Assembly: GCA_044359815.1 (NCBI GenBank)
Contig: JBIKLL010000054.1
Location: forward strand, 1-19,066
Source of the DNA: Pseudobdellovibrionaceae bacterium
GTDB lineage: Bacteria > Bdellovibrionota > Bdellovibrionia > Bdellovibrionales > Bdellovibrionaceae
Direction: 5' to 3'
DNA: 19,066 bases
Shown: positions 9,309 to 17,244 of the stretch, one piece after another
Layout: every line of letters begins with the position of its first letter
Numbering within the stretch: the stretch's first letter is position 1
Notes under the pieces: model-generated
Databases searched by the model: none
Seen by the model: the letters and a program-made list of their open reading frames with translations, nothing else
What the model was told of the DNA's origin: nothing
Program-made: the position numbers and the translations under genes

Positions 9309-10847
9309 TCATCGATTAGTTTTTAAATAAGCCTCGTAGACAAGCTTGGCTTCGTCTTCACGACCTAATTCCTTAAGCATAGCCATAAGATTTGTATAAA
9401 CAATGGGGTCACGATTTCCCAGATTGATCAGTTCTACCAAAATTTTTATTGCCTCATCTTTTTGCCCGGTTCTGAACATGGCGGTTGCCAGATTTAATTT
9501 TGTCTCTTGCAGCAGGGGCTGCAGGCTGACTGACTGTAAATAATGTTTTTTTGCGCTGGTAAAATCATTATTGAAAGCAAAATAATCCCCCAGGGAATTA
9601 TGCATTATAAAACTGTTTGGATTGTGTAAAAAAACAGCTTGAGCCAATGACTGGGTATCCTGCCACTGTCTGATCTGATAAAAATTTAATCCGATCAACA
9701 TTGCCAAAAAACAAGCTATTATAATTTTCTGAACTGTATGGCGCAGATTAAAAGCTCCAAATATGGCGCTGCCAAACAACAGTGGAAAATAAAAATAGTG
9801 ATCTGACGGAGTCGAGATTTCTTGAAACCTAAATGGCACCAGTCCCAGCATCGGAAAAACAGTCACCAAAGCTAAAAGGGCACTCCACAAAATAGTCCTT
9901 GTTTGACGAAAATGCCAAACCAAGAAAACGAAAACTATCGGCAATATATGAATCCACTCAAACTGAAATGAATTAATAATTTTTAAGGGGCTTCGCCCAT
10001 AATCGGGAATCACAGGATAAGGAAAAATCAATTTACCCAAATAAAAAGCCATCGTATCAAAACAAACTATGATTTTTTGCAAAAAGGTGGTTTCAAAACT
10101 TAGGTGTTCTCCGCTTTGCTTGCCCATAGTTTGCAGGCTGACCAGCACTGACAGTAGAAAAAAACCAGAGCTATACAAAATTGACTTTTGATAATTGAAC
10201 TTCTTAAGCTTGATTAAATAAACAACCAACAGGACCGGTGCCATAAAAACAGAAGCCTTTGACAACAAGGCCAAACCAAACAGCAGCAGTGCGCTTAGAA
10301 TTTTGAAAATACTGACTTCAGACTGACCGAAGCCTTTATGCAAAATATTGAAGGACACCAATGTCAGCAGCACTGCCAGTCCATCGCGAAATTGAGATAT
10401 CCAAGCAGCAACTTCGATCTGCATAGGATGCGCTAAAAAAAACAAGCCGCAAACCAAAGCAGAAATTTTAGGAAAATTAAAAACATTCTTCAGGGTAAAA
10501 TATAAGCCACAGGCATTCAGAACATGTACAATCACACTGGCTCCATGAAACACAATCGCCTGAACCCGAACCGGGTTATCAAAATTAAAAATACCAACAA
10601 TTTTTTTCAGGAAAAACCAAACCGAGTAGGTTGTTGGGGAATACATTTCAAAATAAACTTCAGTCCAGATTTTTTTAAAGCCCTCAAGATCTAATGTTTT
10701 AAAAACCGGATTGCTAAAAAGATGTTTCATGTCATCAAAGTAAACAAAGTCAAAAGATAGCGCCTGCAGATAAAGAGCTAAGCCCATAAGGACTAGTACC
10801 CCATAGTGCCAGTCATATTTTCTGAAAAACTGATTCTTAAAATTCAT
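9309..10847 (-). CDS. TMTC-like GT-C membrane glycosyltransferase with C-terminal TPRs
   Basis: 512 aa, multi-pass. FVYFDD after TM1, YSPTT, HPMQIEVAAWISQFRD, LLSKAS, SDHYFYFP, then a short TPR region. Confidence 0.8.
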   Translation of the reverse strand: MNFKNQFFRKYDWHYGVLVLMGLALYLQALSFDFVYFDDMKHLFSNPVFKTLDLEGFKKIWTEVYFEMYSPTTYSVWFFLKKIVGIFNFDNPVRVQAIVFHGASVIVHVLNACGLYFTLKNVFNFPKISALVCGLFFLAHPMQIEVAAWISQFRDGLAVLLTLVSFNILHKGFGQSEVSIFKILSALLLFGLALLSKASVFMAPVLLVVYLIKLKKFNYQKSILYSSGFFLLSVLVSLQTMGKQSGEHLSFETTFLQKIIVCFDTMAFYLGKLIFPYPVIPDYGRSPLKIINSFQFEWIHILPIVFVFLVWHFRQTRTILWSALLALVTVFPMLGLVPFRFQEISTPSDHYFYFPLLFGSAIFGAFNLRHTVQKIIIACFLAMLIGLNFYQIRQWQDTQSLAQAVFLHNPNSFIMHNSLGDYFAFNNDFTSAKKHYLQSVSLQPLLQETKLNLATAMFRTGQKDEAIKILVELINLGNRDPIVYTNLMAMLKELGREDEAKLVYEAYLKTNR

Positions 10848-10940
10848 CGATCTAAAAAGGATTCACCAAAGAAATCAAAAAGTACAGATAAGAATACCTA
10901 GAAATTTTTGAAAGAAAGCCTAACAGGCCGGTTTAATTTT

Positions 10941-10973
10941 GAATAAAACAATCAAACAGGCCAAGGTTGATTG
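10941..10973 (-). terminator. Possible intrinsic terminator of the 216-aa gene
   Basis: 7-bp stem CAATCAA/TTGATTG (10949-10955 / 10967-10973) followed on the minus strand by TTTTATT, about 25 nt after the stop. Stem is AT-rich and weak. Confidence 0.3.
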
Positions 10974-10996
10974 GATTGTAAATGCAAAAAATGTTT

Positions 10997-11647
10997 TTAC
11001 CTGAACGAAAAATCACAGGATCGAACGGGATTGATCAACATGTCTTGATAACTGAATACCTGACCTGTCTCATCCTGCCATTTATGATTAAACAAAATTC
11101 CAGGGACCATACTGGTGCGATTCAGCTGATACAATCTGCCGCTGATCTTTGACCAGCGACCTAAAAATGACTGAGCTGGCAGCCACGAGTTTTGTAAATC
11201 CATAGCGTAAAGCGAATAATCGGGCTTAATCGCAAACAAAATATTTCTTCCGCGATCCTTGACGATGGCAAAGTCGATAAATCCCTTTTCTTCGTTCAGA
11301 CTTTCTGCAAACCGAAAGGCCTTACGCTTTAATGATCCCTGCCCGCTGATTTTGATCCGCCCATCAATCAATTGAATGACTAATGCAGAAGCCAGTTCGG
11401 CATTCTGAAACCATAGGGAAAAATGCGGCCCTTTTTCGGAATAAAGTGGTTTCAAAACAGAAGCCGGTTTTGAGTTTACAGTGACAGTGTCTGCGGCTTG
11501 ATTTTCAAAATCTAGCGATTGGATTTTGTCAGATTCAGGTGGGTTTGCATCACCGGTTTGAGCATACAACGGCTGCAGCAGTGCCAACTGTAAGCTGACT
11601 GCCAGAATAATTATTTGAAATAAAGGTTTGTCCAATTTTAAATCCAT
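10997..11647 (-). CDS. Hypothetical exported protein with C-terminal CxxxF
   Basis: 216 aa. Hydrophobic N-terminal segment ending LYA-Q (signal peptide-like). Its only Cys is in the terminal RSCDFSFR. Confidence 0.75.
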   Translation of the reverse strand: MDLKLDKPLFQIIILAVSLQLALLQPLYAQTGDANPPESDKIQSLDFENQAADTVTVNSKPASVLKPLYSEKGPHFSLWFQNAELASALVIQLIDGRIKISGQGSLKRKAFRFAESLNEEKGFIDFAIVKDRGRNILFAIKPDYSLYAMDLQNSWLPAQSFLGRWSKISGRLYQLNRTSMVPGILFNHKWQDETGQVFSYQDMLINPVRSCDFSFR

Positions 11648-11660
11648 TCGACAACTACCT

Positions 11661-11676
11661 TGCAGTTTAAATGCCG
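11661..11676 (-). promoter_or_regulatory. Putative sigma54 (-24/-12) promoter for the 216-aa gene
   Basis: Minus strand reads CGGCATTTAAACTGCA, with GG and GC at the canonical -24/-12 spacing. Predicted TSS is a few nt before the ATG at 11647. Confidence 0.5.
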
Positions 11677-11750
11677 ACTTCCCCTATGCTATAGCCATTA
11701 GCTGCCTACTGTAGCCTAAACACCTGTTAGCAAAAAAAAGCCCACCTCTC

Positions 11751-11820
11751 GCAATGGTATCCGTAATGATCTGAGCAATGGTATCGGCAGCGACCTGAGC
11801 AATGGTGTCGGCACGACAAT
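11751..11820. repeat. Three degenerate 24-bp tandem repeats with hairpin potential
   Basis: GCAATGGTATCCGTAATGATCTGA (11751-11774), GCAATGGTATCGGCAGCGACCTGA (11775-11798), GCAATGGTGTCGGCACGACAAT (11799-11820). Confidence 0.9.
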
Positions 11821-11936
11821 TAAACCAATTATTCTTACCTATAGAAAGAATGCCCTTAAGAAAGCTTTGGTTGCCAAAAATACATTCGAAATTGATCGCA
11901 ATAAAGTTAAAATTATTTCAAGTTTCCATAAAGGTT

Positions 11937-11965
11937 TTGATAGCTTAGGCTGAATTAAATATATT
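11937..11965 (+). promoter_or_regulatory. Putative sigma70-type promoter giving a leaderless transposase mRNA
   Basis: TTGATA (11937-11942), 17 bp, TATATT (11960-11965), then 7 nt to ATG 11973. No SD present. Confidence 0.5.
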
Positions 11966-11972
11966 GCCCTAC

Positions 11973-12584
11973 ATGAGTTCTAAAAATCATAAAAATAATC
12001 AACAATTGTCACTGATTCCGCAGCAAGATCTCCGCTTTGTTAAAGCCATGAGCTTTGGTGGCAGCAAACTAAAAAAGCGTAGAAAAATTGCCAGGCCGCT
12101 GATCCCCGGGGCCATTCATCACGTTGTTTTGAAGTCCAGCAAAGCCGTTGGGCCATTAAGCTTTTATAAAAATAAAAATCTTACGACGGCCTTACTTAAG
12201 GAAAGATCCAAAAAATATTTTATCGAAATCATCCAATGGGTTAATATGGGGAATCACTTACATCTGAAAGTTCGCTTTAAAAGCCGTCAGAATTTTCAGA
12301 ATTTTTTACGGACGTTCACCGCCATTTTGGCTCGTAAAATCACAGGTGCCCACCGCTCAAAATCTTTCGGGCGTTTTTGGGATGGTTTGGCTTTTACCAG
12401 GATTATCACAACTAAATTTGAAGAATTGGGATTAAAAGTTTATTTTGAGGCCAATCGCCGACAGCGAGAGCTGGGATCCCCTGCCAGAACTGATTACCTG
12501 AAGTCTTTTAACCAATTTCTCTACCGCCTCAAATCCAAGCGTGCTCAATCTGTGAATCTTGGCACAATCCAAATAACTTGCTAA
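11973..12584 (+). CDS. Y1 HUH tyrosine transposase, IS200/RAYT-like, stand-alone
   Basis: IHHVVLKS strand, HUH motif MGNHLHL (12255-12263), RFWDG..FTRII, and candidate catalytic Tyr in YFEAN (12441). No tnpB adjacent. ORF track start is TTG 11964; ATG 11973 preferred. Confidence 0.85.
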   Translation: MSSKNHKNNQQLSLIPQQDLRFVKAMSFGGSKLKKRRKIARPLIPGAIHHVVLKSSKAVGPLSFYKNKNLTTALLKERSKKYFIEIIQWVNMGNHLHLKVRFKSRQNFQNFLRTFTAILARKITGAHRSKSFGRFWDGLAFTRIITTKFEELGLKVYFEANRRQRELGSPARTDYLKSFNQFLYRLKSKRAQSVNLGTIQITC

Positions 12585-12654
12585 AGAAAACTTCAAATCT
12601 GATAGATACCAACCAACAGCACCCAGCATTCAAAGCTCCCAACGAACATTAATT

Positions 12655-12681
12655 GCTGAAATTCGAAGGGCTTATTTCAGC
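12655..12681. repeat. Hairpin downstream of the transposase
   Basis: GCTGAAAT (12655-12662) / ATTTCAGC (12674-12681), perfect 8-bp stem with 11-nt loop and no clear U-tract. Confidence 0.55.
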
Positions 12682-12824
12682 CAGAATTTGGTTCAAATTT
12701 TATAATTTCCAATCAGGCAATTAAAATTATTCTGAACCCATCAAAAAATACGCAATTTGCCAGTCGCGTCCATATCTTAGACAGTGGAATCCCCCAGTAA
12801 TTGCTACTTTATCACAATTAAATT

Positions 12825-12840
12825 CAGCCCGAATCTTGCA
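12825..12840 (+). promoter_or_regulatory. Degenerate sigma54-like promoter for the M48 peptidase gene
   Basis: CAGCCCGAATCTTGCA has a perfect TTGCA -12 box at the correct spacing, but the -24 reads AGC instead of GGC. Confidence 0.3.
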
Positions 12841-12890
12841 ACCGTATCACAAATCACAGTAGAAATACCTTCTTGAAAAGGGGAATCATA

Positions 12891-15215
12891 ATGAAAATCA
12901 ATTTCGCAATCCAAAATCTAGTTTCCAGCATCAAAATCAGTTTTTTAACATTTTTAGGATTGGCTTTGATTTTAAATTCAGCAATTGCTCAAAATGGTGG
13001 TCCAACCATCCCCGACGAAACCGAAGAAGAAATGCAGCGTGAAGCTAAAACCCCAAAATCCGTGGAAGTGTTTTTGGAAAGAGCCCGCAAAGGTCACGAA
13101 ACCAACAGCGGAATGGCCAGCTTTTACAAATTGATGCAGGACGAGTACATCCGCGATGCTTACCACGAAATTCAATCAGAAAATTTATCAAGCCCTAGTG
13201 ATCGAATTATCAAAGAACTCTACCAATCACATCCCGTATTCCAATCGATTGTCACAAAAATATCAGAAATACAAAACGCTTATTTGGATGACGTCATTAC
13301 GAATTTCGAAATATCAATGGAAGACGCCGGAGCCGACCTGACAAAATTGCAAAAGAAACTGAATGAAATAGTCGTTAAAGTTTTGATCAATGGCGGCTTT
13401 AGCGACAAAGCCATCAAAAACAGAAAAATCTATATCGTCAATGGACCCATGAATGCCTATACGGTTTCGGGCAACAAAGACAAAGTTATCGTTGTTGTAA
13501 ACCGTGAGCTGCTGGAAAACATGACCACTCAAGAAATTCAAGCTGTGATCGAACATGAAATCGGCCATATCCTCAGCAAACACACCCTGTATGGGATTGC
13601 CAACAGTGTGATGTTGCAATGGGTGTTTGAAAACATGGTCAGCCGAATTCCCGGCAAAGGAATGATCGTTGGAATGTCGGATGGTAAGGGTGGATCAGAA
13701 GTTTTATTTGGCGACGAAATAAAAGTCTTAAGATCTCAATTAACGGCTCCCCTACACGAACATTGCAATATCGCTGGATGCGACCGTCCTTTTGATTGGA
13801 TTGCACAACACAATCCGACTTCAGCAGCAGGTATCAAAAAAACTTTTTCAGACGCTGATTTTAGAATTAATGAAATGATGGTTGAACTCAATAATCAGTC
13901 AGCCAGAACTATGTATGTCCCTGCAAAAATATTTCTCGAAAAAATCTCTGAAGCTTTGAAATATTCTGACGGCGATCCAAGATTGGAAGCTTACTTTAAA
14001 GGGGTCTTGCAAAATTTCGACGATGCCTATGTTAAAAAACTTAATTTCATGCAATTTAATTTGGCTGTTGGTCCAACGATGACAACGTTTACTCGTATGA
14101 GCGAAATGACGGCTGACATGTATGCGGCTTCTAATATTGTAAACGTCATTGTGGCTTCTGCATTTGCAAAGCTGATTGGGTCTCAGTACAACGACTCGTC
14201 TCAAAAACGGCAAAGGGACGAAGCCATCAAAAACAACAATGAATTAAGAAACAAAGTCTTAGCCGCTTACTACAGAAAGGCTGAGGAGTTCAAAAAAAGG
14301 GTAGATCCAGCGGACCAATTTAGATTTAACGATTCTTCACACCCCCAATTGGCGCTCAGAATTTTCAATGTTTTAAATATCCCAAAAGATCCGACAATTA
14401 AATTTGCAAATCCATTTATGCGTTTGCTTTTGCTCCAGTCCAGCATGCAAATGAACTCAATCTTGCTGAGTGATACTAAAAAATCTGAAACTAGAAAATT
14501 TATTGCTGACGGCACTCTGAACACCAAAGAAGCCAAAGACCGACTCAGTCAGCTGGCTATTCAAAAAAATCTTGCTGATCAAAAATCTGCTGTGGTGACG
14601 AAAGAAATCGAAAGACTGATTTTAAAACAAATGGGCAGCCACGTTCAGCAGCCACGAATTCAAAATGTGCTTCAATTTTATTTAAATCTGAAAACTGAAG
14701 TTGTGGAAAACAACCTGGCCTCAATCAGTAAGCTGACTAATCTTCAAAAGAACCCCAAGGTTCCCAAAGACCATCCCTATGTCCTGGCTCTTAAAAATCA
14801 ACTAAGGACTTTTGCGAACTTGGAGTTCGTTATTGATCAAGCCCTTGAAAGGTACCAAGCTTTAGTGGGTTCACAGCTCAGATCAAAAGTTGCTTTCCCC
14901 AGCGAACGGCATTCAGAAGCTGAAAGAGAAATCGAATTGCTGGAAAAAAACAATTTGAGATCAAATTTGCTGTCTTTCTATTTTCAATTATTTGCCAAAG
15001 GCAAAAAAACAGAAAATTTGAACGAACTGGAACAGATTAAGGTTTTGGCCACTATGAATAAATTTGGCGTGATTCCAGAACACCGATTGCCCGTTGAAGA
15101 CGTAAAGTCTGATCCGAAATCAAACTCAAGCCAAACAGAAAAAAGCAACCCATTTGGACTACCCAGTTCACCGAACAGGGCAACTTATCGCTGTGAACAT
15201 GCTTTTTCGATTTAA
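12891..15215 (+). CDS. Exported M48-family zinc metallopeptidase with long helical C-terminal extension
   Basis: Signal-like N-terminus ending AIA-Q. NAYT strand, HEIGH (13554-13568), SEMTAD third-ligand motif and SSHP...R. Ends YRCEHAFSI. ATG 12891 follows AGGGGA (ORF track start TTG 12873). Confidence 0.85.
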   Translation: MKINFAIQNLVSSIKISFLTFLGLALILNSAIAQNGGPTIPDETEEEMQREAKTPKSVEVFLERARKGHETNSGMASFYKLMQDEYIRDAYHEIQSENLSSPSDRIIKELYQSHPVFQSIVTKISEIQNAYLDDVITNFEISMEDAGADLTKLQKKLNEIVVKVLINGGFSDKAIKNRKIYIVNGPMNAYTVSGNKDKVIVVVNRELLENMTTQEIQAVIEHEIGHILSKHTLYGIANSVMLQWVFENMVSRIPGKGMIVGMSDGKGGSEVLFGDEIKVLRSQLTAPLHEHCNIAGCDRPFDWIAQHNPTSAAGIKKTFSDADFRINEMMVELNNQSARTMYVPAKIFLEKISEALKYSDGDPRLEAYFKGVLQNFDDAYVKKLNFMQFNLAVGPTMTTFTRMSEMTADMYAASNIVNVIVASAFAKLIGSQYNDSSQKRQRDEAIKNNNELRNKVLAAYYRKAEEFKKRVDPADQFRFNDSSHPQLALRIFNVLNIPKDPTIKFANPFMRLLLLQSSMQMNSILLSDTKKSETRKFIADGTLNTKEAKDRLSQLAIQKNLADQKSAVVTKEIERLILKQMGSHVQQPRIQNVLQFYLNLKTEVVENNLASISKLTNLQKNPKVPKDHPYVLALKNQLRTFANLEFVIDQALERYQALVGSQLRSKVAFPSERHSEAEREIELLEKNNLRSNLLSFYFQLFAKGKKTENLNELEQIKVLATMNKFGVIPEHRLPVEDVKSDPKSNSSQTEKSNPFGLPSSPNRATYRCEHAFSI

Positions 15216-15221
15216 AAAGTA

Positions 15222-15262
15222 ATTGTGAAACACAATCTTCAATTTGCTTTATTTAATTGAAG
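15222..15262. repeat. Two adjacent short inverted repeats between the peptidase and second TMTC-like gene
   Basis: ATTGTG-AAA-CACAAT (15222-15236) and CTTCAATT-N10-AATTGAAG (15237-15262). Confidence 0.5.
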
Positions 15263-15272
15263 TCTTTAGCAT
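15244..15272 (+). promoter_or_regulatory. Putative sigma70-type promoter, likely leaderless transcript
   Basis: TTGCTT (15244-15249), 17 bp, TAGCAT (15267-15272), then 6 nt to ATG 15279. Same -35 hexamer as the gpmA candidate. Confidence 0.45.
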
Positions 15273-15278
15273 CTAGGT

Positions 15279-17135
15279 ATGAACCTAGATGCTATTTACA
15301 AATCAAAATTACCATTAATTTTCGTTTTGTTTATTACGGCTGTGTTTTACAGCCCTACCTTGAGCTTTGATTTTGTTAATTATGATGATCCCTTTTATAT
15401 TCTGGAAAATCCCGTCATTCATTATTTTAATTTTGAAGCGATTTTTTTAAAGCCTTCGGTGGGGTTATATCATCCACTGACTACAGCGTCTTTTGCCTTA
15501 GATTGGTACACAGGTTCTGGTCAGGCCTGGAGCTTTCATCTAACCAATCTGATTTTTCATTTATTGGCGGGGTATTTTTTATTTTTATGTTTGGAACAAA
15601 TCTTCGCCGGCAAACAAAGCTTAAACTTACTGATCACCGCTATATTTTTGTTGCACCCCTTTAAGGTTGAATCAGTGGCTTGGGTTTCTGAACGCAAAGA
15701 CGTGCTGTCTGGATTTTTTCTGTTTGTTAGTTTTTATTTTTATTTAAAGTTTTCAAATTCAGATTTTAAAAAACACTATCTGTTTGCGCTTTTATTTTTT
15801 GCCCTGGCGATGCTTTCCAAAGCTTCAATTTTATTTTTGCCGCTGGTTTTTTTGGCCTGGGATGTTCTGAAAAAATCCAGATTAACAAAATGGGACTGCA
15901 TCAACAAACTGCCGTTTTTGATATTGGGCACACCGATCACTGTATGGAATGCCCTTGAACAGACGCGCCTAAGGGCCAATCTGCAGTTGGTGGATCCTGA
16001 TCCCTGGCAATTGTTTTATCAGATGCAATTTTATGCACAGAAAACCTTATTCCCCACGGATCTTAGATTGATTTACATCAATCAATCCCTTTACCCCAAC
16101 GCCCTGGGGATAGTCAGTTTGGTGATTTTTGCCATTTTGGCTGTTTGGATTTTTAAATTCAAAACTGAATACAGAAAGTATTTATTATTTGGATTGGCCT
16201 TTGCGGCCCTGTTTTTGGGGCCCTTTTTAAAATTTATCCCCTTTGGTGACGACAATATCGTCAACGATAGGTACATGTATTTGCCGCTGACTGGATTATC
16301 GATTGCGTTTTTGCCAGCCCTGATGGATTCCAGTAAATATTTAAAATTTGTAATAGCAGGTCTGTTAACGTTTTGGATTTATCTGCTGCCCAGCCAAATC
16401 AGTTGTTGGGATGGTCCGCTAAAAATGTGGGAATCTTTTTATCAACGAGAGCCTGAATCCAAAAAAATCGCCAGCAACTATGCCAAAGCGCTATTGCTGC
16501 ACAGGCAGTACGAAAAAGTCACAGAGGTTTTAAAAAATTCCGAAGGCACAGCAGATGACTTAGGTAACTATGCCTATGCATGGCTGCAACTGGGTAAACA
16601 GCAGGAAGCCTTAAAATACATAGATCAGGGACTGCAGAGTTATCCAGGTCAGTCGTTTTTACTGTATATGAAAGCAATGATTTTGGGTGAACAGGGTCAG
16701 TATCAGCAAGCCTTGGAACTTAGCGATCAAGCTTTAAAAAATTTGACCTTGGAATTAAGCCCCAAATTGCGATCACAGATTTTAAATCAAAAAGGCTTGG
16801 CCCTGATCAGACTGCAGCGCCCCGCAGAAGCTGAAGCTGTCATGACAGAGGCCATCCTGAATCACAAACGTGATGAAATATTGTATTATAATTTGGGCCT
16901 GTCGCAGCTGAATCAAAAAAAATGGGATCAAGCCTGGGCCAGTCTGATGACAGCTTCAGAAATTAATCCCACCAGATCTCAGACACAGAATGATTTGGGG
17001 GTGATTCAGTTTAATTTAAAAAACTATCCCGAGGCCATAGCCAGATTTAAAAAAGCCCTAGAGCTGGAACCAGGTAATCTGTTGGCTGCCAAAAACCTGC
17101 AAGCCACAGAAAAGGCCATGGGCCAAACCAAATAA
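15279..17135 (+). CDS. TMTC-like GT-C membrane glycosyltransferase with multiple TPRs
   Basis: 618 aa. FVNYDDPFYI, LYHPLTTAS, FHLTNLIFH, LHPFKVESVAWVSERKDVL, MLSKAS, NDRYMYLP, then several TPRs (e.g. YYNLGL, NDLGVIQF...FKKALELEP). Confidence 0.85.
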   Translation: MNLDAIYKSKLPLIFVLFITAVFYSPTLSFDFVNYDDPFYILENPVIHYFNFEAIFLKPSVGLYHPLTTASFALDWYTGSGQAWSFHLTNLIFHLLAGYFLFLCLEQIFAGKQSLNLLITAIFLLHPFKVESVAWVSERKDVLSGFFLFVSFYFYLKFSNSDFKKHYLFALLFFALAMLSKASILFLPLVFLAWDVLKKSRLTKWDCINKLPFLILGTPITVWNALEQTRLRANLQLVDPDPWQLFYQMQFYAQKTLFPTDLRLIYINQSLYPNALGIVSLVIFAILAVWIFKFKTEYRKYLLFGLAFAALFLGPFLKFIPFGDDNIVNDRYMYLPLTGLSIAFLPALMDSSKYLKFVIAGLLTFWIYLLPSQISCWDGPLKMWESFYQREPESKKIASNYAKALLLHRQYEKVTEVLKNSEGTADDLGNYAYAWLQLGKQQEALKYIDQGLQSYPGQSFLLYMKAMILGEQGQYQQALELSDQALKNLTLELSPKLRSQILNQKGLALIRLQRPAEAEAVMTEAILNHKRDEILYYNLGLSQLNQKKWDQAWASLMTASEINPTRSQTQNDLGVIQFNLKNYPEAIARFKKALELEPGNLLAAKNLQATEKAMGQTK

Positions 17136-17244
17136 GCTTTTTCGCTACCAATCAGTTAATCAGACAAAGGCTCAACCGACTATGCTGAGTCATCACCATT
17201 CCACTGCCAACTGAAACCCCAGAACAAAGAAAGCTTGCTGCAAA

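Noticed and set aside
10922..10962. AACAGGCC direct repeat (10922-10929, 10955-10962)
   Set aside because: Only two 8-mers with no other support. Could be chance or part of local hairpins.
11751..11820. Tandem repeats as a CRISPR array
   Set aside because: Period is only 24 bp with 8-9 nt variable parts that resemble each other, only three units, and no cas genes in the window.
11720..11953. Stop-free + frame through the repeats (NGIRNDLS NGIGSDLS NGVG...) and a short minus-strand frame
   Set aside because: No standard start codon or SD upstream of the repeats on +. The minus frame is only about 30 codons with no support.
11973..15215. Complete IS605-type element (tnpA plus tnpB)
   Set aside because: The downstream ORF is an exported M48 peptidase with no RuvC or zinc-ribbon motifs, and element ends cannot be defined.
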